A stretch of DNA of 64,000 bases from contig NC_043005.1 in NCBI RefSeq assembly GCF_006345805.1, positions 5,704,001 through 5,768,000 on the forward strand, given 5' to 3'. Every line of letters starts with the position of its first letter. The first letter of the stretch is position 1. Origin of the DNA: Octopus sinensis (lineage: Eukaryota). The translations under genes were made by a program, and so were the position numbers. The notes below the pieces were generated by a model. That model ran no database searches. It had not been told where the DNA came from and was given only the letters and a program-made list of their open reading frames with translations. Below, one piece after another: positions 45,879 through 58,759 of this stretch.

Positions 45879-48800
45879 AAACAGTTGAAAGACATCTTTT
45901 GCATTAGGCAGAAATTCTAAATTTAGTGATAGTTGATTGTACTGATAAACTCTACCGGTAATTGAATGATTACGAACAACTTATCAATTTAGTGAGTTAA
46001 TAGTCTGACTGATATATATATATATATCATCATCATCATCATCATCATCATCATTTAACGTCCGTTTTCCATGCTAGCATGGGTTGGACAGTTCGACCGG
46101 GGTCTGGTAAGCCATGGAGGCTGCACCAGGCTCTAGTCTGATTTGGCAGTGTTTCTACAGCTGGATGCCCTTCCTAACGCCAACCACTCAGTGAGTGTAG
46201 TGGGGTTTTTTTATGTGCCACCGGCACAGGAGCCACAGCAGGCTGGCAAACAGCCACGATCGGTTGGTGCTTTTACGTGTCACCGACATGGACACCAGTC
46301 AGGCGACGCTAGCATCTGCCACGTTCAGACGGTGCTTTTTACATGTCACCGGCATGGGTATCTTAACTACAATTTCCATTTGAATTTTTATTTTGATGTT
46401 GACGTTGATGTACTTGACTCAACAGGTCTCCTCAAGAACAGCGGGTCACTCTATGATCCAAGGTCAGCACAGCAGGCCGTCCTGCGAGCATGAACTCACT
46501 TCATTTGTCGGGTCTTCAAATCCTCAAGAACAGTGGGTCACTCTACGGTCCAAGGTTAGCACAGCAGGCCGTCCTGCGAGCCATGAACTCACTTCATTTG
46601 TCGGGTCTTCGAAGTCACAGCATATCTCCAGAGGTCTCGGTCTTTCGTCATAGCCGCTGAGAGGCTCAAAGTACGAAGGTCATGCTTGACCACCTCGTCC
46701 CATGTCTTCCTGGGTCTACCTCTACCTCAGATTCCTTCAACAGTTTGGGAGTGGCACTTTTTCACACATCTCTCCTCATCCATCCGTAGTACATGACCAT
46801 ACCAACGCAATCGTCTCTCCTGCATGCTGCATCCATGCTTCTTATGCCCAACATTTCTCTCAGGACACTTACACTCTGTCGTGCATGGAACTGACAATAC
46901 ACATCCAGCGGATCATGCTAGCTTCATTTCTTTCAAGCCTACGCATGTCCTCCGCAGTCACAGCCCATGTTTCACTGCCATGAAGCATGGCAGTTCGCAC
47001 ACATGCATTGTACAATCTACCTTTCACTCTGAGTGAGAGACCCTTTGTCGCCAGTAGGGGAAGAAGCTTCCTAAATTTTGCCCAAGCTATTCTTATTCTA
47101 GTGGTAACGCTCTCTGAGCATCCCCCCCTGCTACTAACTTGGTCACCTAGGTAGCAGAAACTATCAACTACTTTTAGTTTCTCCCCAAGGAGTGTAATGG
47201 GATCTGTTTTCTGAGTACCAATGGTGTCTATTGCACCTGTGCATCTGCCGCACATGGAAGCTATCTTCTCGGTTAATTTTCCTTTGGTATTGCTGCACCT
47301 GTTATGTGTCCATAGCTTACACTGGGTACATCTTATGGAGTTTCTACCTATACCTTTTCTACATATCAAGCAGGGTCACCTACCTGAAGGGGTAGTGTGG
47401 TGAGTTTGCCTTCCTACTTACTAGAACTTTGGTCTTTGCTACATTTACTCTAAGGCCCTTTGATTCTAAACCTAGCTTCCAGACACGAAATTTCTTCTCT
47501 AGTTCCGGTAGCGATTCTGCTACGAGGGCTATATCATCAGCATAGAGGAGCTCCCAGGGACAACCCATCTTAAATTCCTCTGTTATTGCCTGGAAAACTA
47601 TGATGAATAAAAGGGGGCTGAGGGCTGAGCCTTGGTGGACGCCAACTTCTACCCTGAATTCTTCCCTGTACTCATTGCCAATCCTAACCTTACTACTAAC
47701 CTCTCTGTAGAGGGCTTGTACAGCCCTTATTAACCATTCGTCAATCTCCAGTTTCTGCATCGCCCACCAGATAAGGGATTGGGGACCCTATCAAAGGCTT
47801 TCTCCAAGTCCACAAAAGCTAAGTATAGGGGTTTATCTTTGGCTAGGTATTTCTCCTGCAGTTGTCGAACTATGAATATGGCATCAGTGGTGCTTCTGCC
47901 AGGCACAAAACCAAACTGCATCTCATCTAGGCTAACTCTCTCCCTAATTAGTTGGGCTGTGACCCTCTCCGTCACCTTCATTACCTGATCCAGCAGTTTG
48001 ATACCTCTGTAGTTATTTCTGTCTAGAGCATCACCTTTACCCTTGTAGCAGTTGACTATAGTGCTGCTACACCAGTCATTGGGTGTGACTCCATCATGAA
48101 CTACTTGGTTTACAATGCATGTGACTAGGCCATAGCCCACACCACCAGATGTTTTAAGCATCTCAGCAGTGATTCCTGATGGGCTGGGGGCTTTTCTTGT
48201 CTTCATACCCTTAATTGCCTTAACTACTAGGGAGCTATCTATATGGATAGCTGGTCCTTCTACTGGGTCAACATTTGGCAGGCTCTTCTCCTCCCACTCA
48301 TTCTCCACATTCAGCAGTCTTTCATAGTGGCTTCTCCAAGCCTCTTTCTTTTCAGAATCACAAAAAGCAAGTGCCCCATCATCCATTCGAACACATTTCT
48401 CTCCTGTGACATCACAATTTTCTCTCACACTGTCTTGCAATCCGAAATACCTCAGTTCTTTGGTCCTCACGTCGCTGGACATTGGCAAACTTCTTTTCTG
48501 CTACATCTTTGGCTATGTATACCTGCCGCCCAGCCTCCCTTCTGGCTACCTGGTACTGTTCCCTGCTACCCCCATCCTTCCAGGCTTTCCAGGCCTGTTT
48601 CTTTCCCCTAATGGCCTTGTCTACTCTACTATTCCACCACCACATAACTCTAGGTCTGGAAGGGACGTTGCACCAGCCACAGACTTGGTCTTTGGCGCTC
48701 AGTAAGCTGTCCCATAGGAATTTCCAGCTACCTTCTAAGTCCGATGTCTGTAGCTCCTCCTCCCTCTCCTCAAATTTCTTGATGAGGATGTCCCTAAGTC

Positions 48801-49349
48801 TCTGACCATGTGAAGGGTTCTTTAGCTTCCAAATCCTTCTTTTTTGGATTGGTTTGCTTCTTGGTATCCTTCTGGCCTCGAGGCTAAAGTCACTAATGAC
48901 TAGCCTATGCTGGGGGGTACATTCTTCACCCGGGAGGGTCTTTGCATTTAACAGCAACCCTATGTTCCGCTGTCTGGTGAGGATGAAATCAATCTGGCTA
49001 GCAGAGTCTCCTGATTGATAGGTTATCAGGTGGCTGTCTGGTTTCCTGAAGCTAGTGTTGCAGATTAGAAGGTTACATACATCACAGAATTCCAGTAGCC
49101 TAGTTCCCTCATCGTTTCGAGTGCCAATACCATGGCCACCGTGTACCCCAGTGAAGATACCTGCTTCCTGCCCAACATGCCCATTAAAGTCTCCAGCCAC
49201 AAAGATGAGGTCATTGATACTCGTCTTTGAGGTAGCCTGTAGAAGAGTGTCATAAAAGTGATCCTTCGGCTCATTTCGTAGCCCTGCATGTGGGGCATAG
49301 GCAGAGATGATAGTAGCTGTGCTATTCTGCATTAGTAGCCTAAGCTTAA

Positions 49350-50414
49350 CCCTTTCGTTACCAAACCACCCGAAAAAAATTTTGGTTAATGTGACCAAAC
49401 CGCCCAAAACCACCCGAATTTACCTATTCATATTTAAATGAGAATATCAGAGCAAATCTCTTTAGTACATTCGTGAAAATACGTATTATACTTCGTAAAG
49501 AGTTCAACTACAGTTTTGTACAAAAATCGAAGTGTAATTTTAATTCTGTGAATTTTGGGAGATTTTTTTCCGAAATTTGTTCCTATTGTGTTTTCAAAAT
49601 TTGTAATTCTGACAAAAAATGGATACGAATTTCATTATATCAAGCAGCGAGTCAGAATTCGAAGGATTTTCTACTGAAGACCTTCATAAATCTAACTCTA
49701 TGACTGAAAAAAAAAGCATGTGGTATTTGATAATGAATCTGATGTTTCATTTTCCGAAAGTGAAAACAGTGAATCCGAGAGCTCCGACAGCGATAAGGAA
49801 AATGAATTGGCACCTGAATGGAGTGAAAATTTAAAAACTGTTTCTTTCGGTGATTTTTCTGAAGAAACTGGACCAAGCCACAGACTTTCCCAGAAGAGTA
49901 AAGCCTTAGACTATTTCTTTTTACTTTTTCGAATGAGCCTATTACGGCAGAAACGAACCGTTACGCTAAATGTAAACAAAACGAAAGAAAGGATAGTTTG
50001 TGGTTTCCCACAACCTTAAATGAAATTAAGACTATTTTGCCATAAATATTATTATGGGTATCAGAAAGTTACCCAGAATAACAAATTCTATCGTAAAATT
50101 TTGTTGTATACCCAACTGAATATTAGCTAATAACCCATTTTCTATAGCGATGTTTGAAAAAAATTATAATAATTTTATATTTTGTTGAATTTACCTGTAT
50201 CTACCTGCAATTAGAGTCACTTTGTGACAAAAATTATAGTATAGAATTGGTTGAGAACATTTCATTAAATTATCTTCCAAAATTCACGTTAATATATTGA
50301 TAAATAAAAAAGTTATAGTTGTTTAATGAAACCAGACTAAATTTATGATTATGTTAGAAATTAATTGAAACACATAAGGGGTGTATTTTGGTCAGAAATA
50401 TAGTAACGAAAGGG
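49350..50414 (+). mobile_element. Non-autonomous piggyBac (1065 bp) with 5' part of the transposase
   Basis: TTAA at 49346-49 and 50415-18; exact 12-bp TIR CCCTTTCGTTAC; acidic N-terminus then GPSHRL..ALDYFFLLF...ETNRYA...WFPTTLNEIK. Confidence 0.95.
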
Positions 50415-51338
50415 TTAAGTACTCTATCGCATACCCTAACAACCTCTATAACCTTATCCACCCATTTCTCTGAGAGGAGAATGCCTACACCCCCTATACC
50501 ATCCATGTTACCTTACCAGAAGAATTTGTACCTATGTGCCTTGCTTGTGAGGACCCTAGCTGAAGCTTCTCTCCATCTTACCTCTTGTACGCAGCATACA
50601 TCAACCCATCTCCTTTCAAGCATTTCCACAATCTCACTAGACCTACCGTTCATTGTGCCAACTCTGAAAACTGGGAAGGGAATGTAGGGTGAGGTTTGGA
50701 GTGGAGGGATGCTATTCAGCGTCTGAAAAGAAGAGGGTTGTTGTGGTGATGTTCGTTTGTTTGGCATGCTTCATCCTTTCTCTTTTCTACCTCTCTCCCA
50801 ACCTGACAACATTCAAGCATGTTAATGATGTTGCCCCTACCGGTGGTAGGAACTGGTGTTAGTAGCATTGTAAGCATAAGCATTATGGTCATGAGCGATG
50901 CAGATACATGCAGGGTAGCAAATTGGCAAATATGGATACTCCAATGTTAGGTTACGAGGGTGTCGGCAGAAATGGTTGCATTGCCTGAGTAGAGGGGGAT
51001 TGCAGGGATAAAGGAGGGTACCACCAGCGAGGAGAGTTCAGACGGAGGAAACAGACTCATTCCTATATATACACAAGCACACCCACATTCAGAAATAGGT
51101 ACATATGGGCAGCCTAATAGCTTTCTGCTTCACTTCACTTCATAAGGCCAGGGGAGGGAGATAAAGAGAGGGAAGAGATAAAGAAAGGGAGAGGGATAGA
51201 GAGAGAATAAGAGAGAGTACAGGAATATAGGGAGCAGCACCAGTGAAGGAGGAGGAATTAGGAAAAGAGATAACTTAGTGGGTGGTAACAAATTTCTGGA
51301 CAGAAGAGAACATAAGAGAACCCATGAAGCATGTGTGA

Positions 51339-53153
51339 ATACAAAATCGTGGCAAACGCCAGTAGCAATCCAAAAACCTTCTTTGCCCATGTCCAACGGA
51401 ATTCCCGCTTGTACAACCAAATTGCAACGTTGGTAGACACAACAGGCATATCGATTGAGGACCCTTATCAACAGAGTCAATTATTTGCCAAGGCTTTTTC
51501 AACTATTTTCAAACAAGATGATGGTGAACCCCCTCCATTTGATAGATCGGTACCTCCAATGCTTCGATTGGTCATCACGCGGGACGAAGTCAAACGTGTT
51601 ATTCAAGGCCTCGATGTCAACAAGGGTCACGGCCCTGACGGCATACACCCACGGGTTATCAAAGCGTTGGCTCCAGTCATCAGCGAGCCCTTAACACGTC
51701 TATTCAATATGTCATTGGCGACGGGTGTTATACCTGCGGACTGGAGAACAGCGATAATCTGCCCAATTTTCAAGAAAGGGAGCCGCGAAGACCCGCTTAA
51801 CTACCGACCGGTTTCCCTTACATCAATAATCAGCAAGATGTTCGAAACCATCCTTAAGAAAAGTATGATGCTCCACCTCCAAAACACAGCCTATATCTCT
51901 GATTCCGAACACGGCTTCATGCCGAAGAGATCATGCTTGACCAACTTACTGGTAATGGAAGAATTGGTGATGCGCATCCTCGATGATAGTGATGCTGTTG
52001 ACATCGTTTTATTGGACTTTGCCAAAGCTTTTGACTCGGTAAACCACCGCCTATTACTTGTCAAGCTTCAAGCATATAGTTTCCGTCCGGATATTGTACG
52101 ATGGGTTGGTGCCTTCCTCTCAGATCGCTCCTTCCAAGTCCAAGTTAATGGTTCGCGGTCCGACGTCTCCAGTGCGAGCAGTGGCGTGCCTCAAGGTTCA
52201 GTGCTTGGGCCCTTATTGTTCTTAGTTTTCATAAATGACTTGCCCGACGACCTCATGCAACACACCCTTCTATTTGCCGATGATGTCAAACTGGTCGCTC
52301 CTCGCGGTGATATAGAGGATCTTCGTCGATGCCTCCACCAAATTTGGAGGTGGTCTAACGAATGGGACCTGTGTCTGAACGTGTCAAAGTGCTGTCATCT
52401 GCCTGTTGGCTCTCCTCCTGCAACTCAACTTGATTTTGAGCCGGGTTGTCTGCTGCTGGAGAGGACCGATCAGGTAAAGGACCTGGGTATCTTGGTGGAT
52501 TCCTCCTTTTCGCCTTCGGCCCAGTGCGTCCATGCTGCCAACAAAGCATGCGGAATTCTGTTCTTGATTCGACGGTCATTCGGAATGCTCACAGCAGCCA
52601 TATTCCTACCACTCTATGTCACGCTGGTGAGACCCATATTGAGTATGGGATTCAAGCCTCTTCTCCTTATCTCCTCAAAGACATACAGCATCTTGAAAGA
52701 GTCCAGAAGCTGGCTACCCGCATGGTTCATGGTCTCAAAAATTTGTCTTATGAAGAAAGGCTGAGGACGCTCAACCTTTATTCTCTAGAAAAACGCCGCC
52801 GCTGTGGTGATCTCATTCTAGCTCACAACATCATAAGCGGAAAGTGTAACCTCTCGAAAGAGCTGTTCTTCACTCCTGCTCCAGAGCGTCGGCTGTGGGG
52901 TCATTCCGAAAAGCTCTACCTGCGACGATTTCATCTCAATCGAAGGAGAGGAGCTTTCTCCGTCCGGGTTGCGGATCCGTGGAACAAGCTGCCAGACGAG
53001 ATGGTGAAGATGCCGATGACCGCTTTGTTCAAAGTCTCCCTTGACCTCAAGTGGCCTGAACTCTTTACATGAACACCACCCTGTACTTAACTCCATGTCC
53101 CCCTACATGGCCTTGCTATTTGCTTTTGAGCCAAAAATTAACTAACTAACTAA
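51339..53153 (+). mobile_element. Young 5'-truncated CR1-group LINE with (TAAC)n tail and 9-bp TSD
   Basis: ORF 51331..52764 (YRPVSLTS, LDFAKAFDSV, GVPQGSVLGP, LFADDVKL) plus one frameshift into 52446..53072; CATGTGTGA at 51330-38 and 53154-62. Confidence 0.95.
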
Positions 53154-53559
53154 CATGTGTGAGAATAGACAACTGTTATAGTGGTGGGAGAAGGGATATC
53201 TGGTGGAGATGGTGGGACAAACACAATAGAGATAGCCAGTACTGGTGGTGGGGGTGGGCAAGGGCGGGCAAGTAAGTTGCTTGGGGATGATATTGTAATA
53301 GAAATGGAATTAAGCAGTGGGAGAATGAGTAATTTACTTAAAGAAATTCTAAGAGATGGAATTAAAATTGAGGGGTCATTGCCAATGCTTAGCTCATGGA
53401 AGAAAACAACAAGCTGATTAGTAAATAAACATTTAATGTATTAATGGTGAAATGAAACCAGGAATGGGAAAATGAGGTAGAAAGAAAGAAATAAGATCTT
53501 AGCTCAGTATCTCAGACATCATTTGCCAAATGCAAGCTTTCTTTCCAGGTACATGACAC

Positions 53560-55326
53560 TGCTGTCCCTCATCCCAGGGTCACACAGGCCCACCTTGAAA
53601 GGTAGGTCTGGTGAGATTGTTGAGATACTTGAACGGAGATGTGTAGATTTGTGCTGCATCCAAGAAGTAAGGTGGAGAGGAGGTTCCGCTAGGTTCCTCA
53701 CAGACAAAGAACACAGGTACAAGATTTTCTGGGCAGGGAACCCTGACAGGGTCGGGGGCGTGGGTATACTTCTTGCGGAGAAATGGGTTGATAAGGTAAT
53801 CGAGGTAGTCAGAGTATGTGACAGAGTACTTAAGATTAGATTAGTGCTTCACCATAGGTCAGCTACCATTATCTCGGCCTATGCTCCTCAACCGGGGCTA
53901 TCGGAAGGGCAGAGAGACAGATTCTATGATACCCTATTGCAGACTACCTCATTGACAAATGACAGGGACCTTCTCTTTGTGGCTGGTGACTTCAATGGAC
54001 ATGTTGGTCGGCATGTCGGGGGCTTCCATGGCATACATGGAGGCTACGGTTTTGGTTCTCGCAATGAGTAGGGAACCAGGCTGCTGGAGTTCTGCAAATG
54101 ATCTTATGGTCTGCAATACCAACTTCAGGAAACCCACCTCTCACCTAGTTACCTACCGTTCTGGCAGACACACTAGCCAAATTGACTACATCCTCGCCAG
54201 AAAAAGGGAAAGAGGGCTGCTTATAAATGCCAAAACCTTCCCAGGTGAAGAATGTACCCCACAACATAGACTGGTAGTTGGTTACTTTAGGATCAGGACT
54301 AAGAGGACGACCAACATGGAGAAGAAGGGTCTGGAAGCTTAAAGATCCTGCAAATGGACAGAGATTTAGGGACATATTACTTGAAGCCTTTGATGAAGTA
54401 GAAGGGGATATAGCTTCACATGGGGTAGAAGACAACTGGAGGTTTCTAAGGGACAACCTGCTGAGAGCCACTGACCAGATCTGTGGATAGTGCAAAGTCC
54501 CATCTCGACCCAAGGTAACGTGGTGGTGGAACAATGTGGTTGACAGGGCTATTAGACAAAAGAAACAGGCTTGGAGGGACTGGAAGAATGGAGGTAGCAG
54601 GGATAGACTGCCAGAAGGGAAGCTAGGAGACAGGTTTATTTAGCCAGAGGGGAAGCAGATAAGAAATAATTTGCCAATGTTCTACGCCGTGAGGACCAAA
54701 GACTTGAAGTATTTCGTGTTGCAAGACAGTAAGTGAGAGAGAATCGTGAAGTGGTAGGAGAGAAATGTGTCCGTATGGATGATGGTTCACTTACACTAAA
54801 CGAGGCTGCAAAAGGAGAGGTTTGGAGACGCCACTATGAAAGGTTGCTGAATAAAAAGAATGAATGGGAGAAATAGTTTGCCGAATGTCGATCCTACAGA
54901 GAGACCAGCTATCCGAATATGACAGTACCTTGGTAGTTAAAGCAATCAAGAGTATGAAGGCAGGGAAAGCCTCCGGCCCATCAGGAATCACTGCAGAGAT
55001 GCTCAAAATATCTTGCAGTGTCGGCTATAGCATAGTCACCCGTATAGTTAACCAGGTGATACACGAAAGAGTCATACCCAATGACTGGTGAGACAGCACC
55101 ATAGTCAACTGCTACAAAGATAAAGGTGACGCCTTAGATACAAATAATTACAGAGGTATCAAGTTGCTGGATCAAATAATGAAGATCACGGAGAGGGTCA
55201 TAGCCCAACTAATTAGAGAAAGAGTTAGTTTAGAAGAGATGCAGTTTGGGTTCGTGCCAGGGAAAAGCACCACTGATGCTATATTTTTGGTAAGGCAGCT
55301 GCAAGAGAAATGCATAGCCAACGATA
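53560..55326 (+). mobile_element. RTE LINE (APE + linker + RT N-terminal half), 3'-truncated
   Basis: ORFs 53523..54071, 53959..54342, 54864..55091 and 55164..55412 (MQFGFVPGKSTTDAIF); stops. Confidence 0.95.
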
Positions 55327-55470
55327 AAATTTTTCGAAAATGTTCACAGGAAAATTTTACCCAAAAATTTTTCAAAAATTTTCACCAAAAATTTTTCGAA
55401 AATTTTCACTGAAAATTTTACCCAAAAATTTTTCGAAAATTTCCACCGAAAATTTTACAGGAAAATTTTA
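55327..55470. repeat. A/T-tract minisatellite
   Basis: About 12 variants of (g/a)aaaatttt(c/t)-C-rich units at roughly 11-13 bp spacing. Confidence 0.85.
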
Positions 55471-56040
55471 CCCAATCTAGACTTTGGGTGACGCGGTGGT
55501 GGAACAATGTTGCTGACAGGGCTATCAGAGCAAAGAATCAGGCCTGGAAGAGTTGGTGGGGATAGCAGAGAACTGTATGAAATAACCAGAAGCTAGGAGA
55601 CAGGTATATCTTGCCAGAAGAGAAGCAGAGAAGAAGTTTGCCTATGTTTAGCGACATGAGGATTAAAGACTTGAGATGTTTCGGATTGCAAGACAGTGTG
55701 TAAGAGAAAATTGTGGATGTCATAGGAGAGCAATGTGTTTGCATGGATGATGCTTCACTTGCATTTAGTGATTGTGCAAAGGAAAAAGGCTTGAAAATGC
55801 CATTATGGAAGACTGCTGATGTGGAGAATGAATGGGAAGAGGAAAGTCTACCAAATGTTGACCCAACTGAGGGATCAGCAATCCGAATCGACAGTACCTT
55901 GGTAGATAAAGCAATTAAGCATATGAAGACAGGGAAAGCCATCAGGAATCGACGCTGAGAGGCTTAAAATATCTGGCAGTGTGGGTTATGATTTAGTCAC
56001 CCAAATTGAAAATGCGGTGATTCACAAAGGAGTCATACCA
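55471..56040 (+). mobile_element. Second, more diverged RTE linker/RT fragment
   Basis: Repeats the content of about 54510-55080 (TRWWNNV...LPNVDPTEGSAIRIDSTLVDKAIK). Confidence 0.85.
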
Positions 56041-56368
56041 GAACAATGAATTGGAGGAAATAGTTCTAGACATTTTGTTTAATGCCTTAACAATTCTACC
56101 AGCGCATCACCTTAAAATTGTTCTTAAAATAGGCACAAAGCCTGGATCTTGGGGAGAAAGGGTTAATAGGTACCATCATTCACAGAGGGATGAAGGGCTT
56201 TTTGTATAAAGTACTCTGATACACTATAACATGGAGAGGGATGGAGTTCACTGGCTTGGTTTATCTCAGATGCATAACACAGCTATTAAGTCTTTGGTAG
56301 TGGTCCCACAAACCAATAATTTAAGGGCTTACAAAATGCAATGAAGATATATATTTTTTTCAATTTAG

Positions 56369-56496
56369 ATCCCTGATACCATCTTGCTACCATTAACCAA
56401 AAATGCTGATCATGATGAAAATGGAGAGGAAGAAGATGAGGATGAAGAGCATATAGAATATGACCGGCAGTTAATTCACAAGCCTGAAACTAAAAA
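56369..56496 (+). CDS. OFA-like MFS transporter, coding exon 6 (central loop)
   Basis: atttAG|atc...aa|GTAAGT, 128 nt; IPDTILLPLTKNADHDENGEEEDEDEEHIEYDRQLIHKPETK; the only frame-bridging exon found between exons 5 and 7. Confidence 0.85.
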
Positions 56497-57129
56497 GTAA
56501 GTAATGAAGATATATTTTTTATTTATATTTTCTATGTGGTTGAGTATGTTTCTAGAAATACCTTGCACTACTATATATTTTATATATTTCCAATGAGGAA
56601 TGGTATGCCTTCAGAAACACACTACACTATCATTATCATCTTCATTAATTAATGCTGGCATGGGTTGGGGACTACACCAGGCTCTATTTTCTGTTTTGAC
56701 ATGGTTTCTATAGCTGGATGCCCTTCATAAGACCAACCACTTTACAGAGTGTACTGAGTGTTTTTTTTATGTGGCAATTAATTTCTCAAGAACCCTCTCT
56801 TTGCTCTCCATCTCTAAAACCTTTATCTGCAGAATTTCAGATTGGAAAATCTGATACATTAAGTATGGCAACTTGATTATGCTAACCTAATCCACCCAGT
56901 TTAGGTAGAACTAATGTCTGTGATCATCGTTATTCTTCCACTGACTAAATGATAAAGAAAGAAAAAACACTTTGCTTCTTCATTGTTGTTGTCGTCAGCA
57001 TTATGATTAAATACATTCCAACCATGGCAATATCCTAGGGCTACATTGTTGAAGGTGTCCTTATTTTTTAAAGTGGTAACATGATTTGTGGGAGATTTGG
57101 AGGCCACATAGAGCCCGTTGTTAGCTTGT

Positions 57130-57440
57130 TAACTGTTGAACCCATTAGTAATCATTACAACCACCACAACCACCATACTATTATCACTACTTCTAGGACT
57201 ACTTTTACAACAACTATTACTATATTGCCCATTACCACCATCACCATCATTACTATTACAACTATAATCATAGTACTGACACTACCCTGGCAATCACCAC
57301 TGCTGTACTATTGCTACCACCACAATCATCACCTCTACTATACCATTTCCATTTTGATACAATAGCCACAAACACCACCACCATTGATGCTGCTGCTGTT
57401 ACTACTACTACTACTACTACTATCATTACTATTACTTCTT
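57130..57440. repeat. (CAC/TAC)n-rich low-complexity tract
   Basis: Trinucleotide-like Thr/Ile/His-coding noise immediately upstream of exon 7. Confidence 0.8.
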
Positions 57441-57447
57441 TCTCCAG

Positions 57448-57568
57448 GGAATCACTAGAGAGAGAAATAACACCAAAAATGGCATTAAAGACACGGCAGT
57501 TCTACCTCCTCTGGTTGATATTGCTCTTCTTAAACCAAAGCACAGATTTCTTCTCATCATTATACAAG
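57448..57568 (+). CDS. OFA-like MFS transporter, coding exon 7
   Basis: ctccAG|g...aag|GTAACA, 121 nt; ESLEREITPKMALKTRQFYLLWLILLFLNQSTDFFSSLYK (the TP..AL.T..FY.LW motif before TM7). Confidence 0.95.
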
Positions 57569-58523
57569 GTAACATGATAAGGCTTTCACATATTTTGTAT
57601 TCTCATGATGCTCTGATTCCTAGAAATATCCTCATCTATAAATTGTTGTTTAGTTCTAAGATGCTCTGATTGAAGAGATCCATGATTAAAAGCATTTCAT
57701 TTATGAGCATCTCCACTGCTTCTTTTTATCATAGTATCTCCAGAGGTGTAGGGATGTAATGGCTGAATGGTTAAGAAGTTTGCTGGTCTTGTTTAGCTTC
57801 GTAGCTGTCAAATCCTATTTGAGTATGACTTGAAGATTTGACTGTTATTTTTAGCAGCCAAATGAACAGATAAACTCTCGTTTTTGAAGTTTTTATTTTT
57901 ATTTGTTACATGCAGTTAGGCTTTATGATGTAAACTGAGGTGAGAACAATGTTCTTTTAACAGAAATAAGACATGACTAGTGGGAGGTGGATGTCATCTC
58001 AACCAACCACATATGTGTGTATGCATACTAACAGACACAGGCAAGGCTGTAATTAAAAGATTTGCTTCCCAACCACACTGTTTCAATTTCAGACCCACAG
58101 TTCAGCACATTAGGCAAGTAGGCCCAAGCACCTAAAACCTTACAAGTGAGTTTGGTAAATGGAGACAAAGAAGTCCATCATATATTTTATAAATGTGTAT
58201 GTAAACAATTGTGCTGTATGACAGATGCAAGCTGCAAGCAGTGTTATAATTATTGTCATTTCTCCTGTCAACAACACATTCACTTGCTTTGCACCTTCAA
58301 AAGCACATGGAATAAGAGATTCTTTACTTGAAACGCAGGTAATATTTAAGAACCAGAAGATCATTGATCCAGCTGTAAGACCTAACTCTGCTAGAGTATG
58401 GAAAAACAGACATAAAACAAATAAGCACATTCACTCATTATGCATGATTTGACAAATTAAACAAAAGCAATAAAGGACTTTCTACTCAATATTTCCTTAA
58501 CCAATATCTGTTTTAATTTTCAG

Positions 58524-58646
58524 GCCTATGGTCAGACATTTATTCACAATGATTATTTTCTCGCTATGATCGGTGCTCTGGGAAGCGTTGGTAATGCTAT
58601 CTCCAGACTAATGTGGGGATTTATTGGTGATAAAATATCTTTCAAG
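58524..58646 (+). CDS. OFA-like MFS transporter, coding exon 8
   Basis: tttcAG|gcc...aag|GTAATT, 123 nt; AYGQTFIHNDYFLAMIGALGSVGNAISRLMWGFIGDKISFK (second motif A). Confidence 0.95.
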
Positions 58647-58759
58647 GTAATTACTTTCATTAACAATGATAAAATCTGTCTCCTCTTTGTTTTTTTGTGC
58701 TCTTTTTTTTTATCTCTGTTGCTATTTCTCCAGTCTCAACTACTACTTCCAGGATCTCA

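Larger units (their letters stand above)
46028..53500 (-). mobile_element. Near full-length RTE LINE carrying two nested insertions
   Basis: (CAT)n at 46028; ORF pieces 46869..47369, 47380..47760 (LLYADD), 47730..48488, 48412..49413 and 50513..50767; pyrimidine-rich 5' region continues past the CR1 insertion (left boundary firm, right boundary approximate). Confidence 0.9.

Noticed and set aside
29074-58523. Three introns of almost equal length (963, 951, 955 bp)
   Set aside because: Their sequences are unrelated; treated as coincidence.
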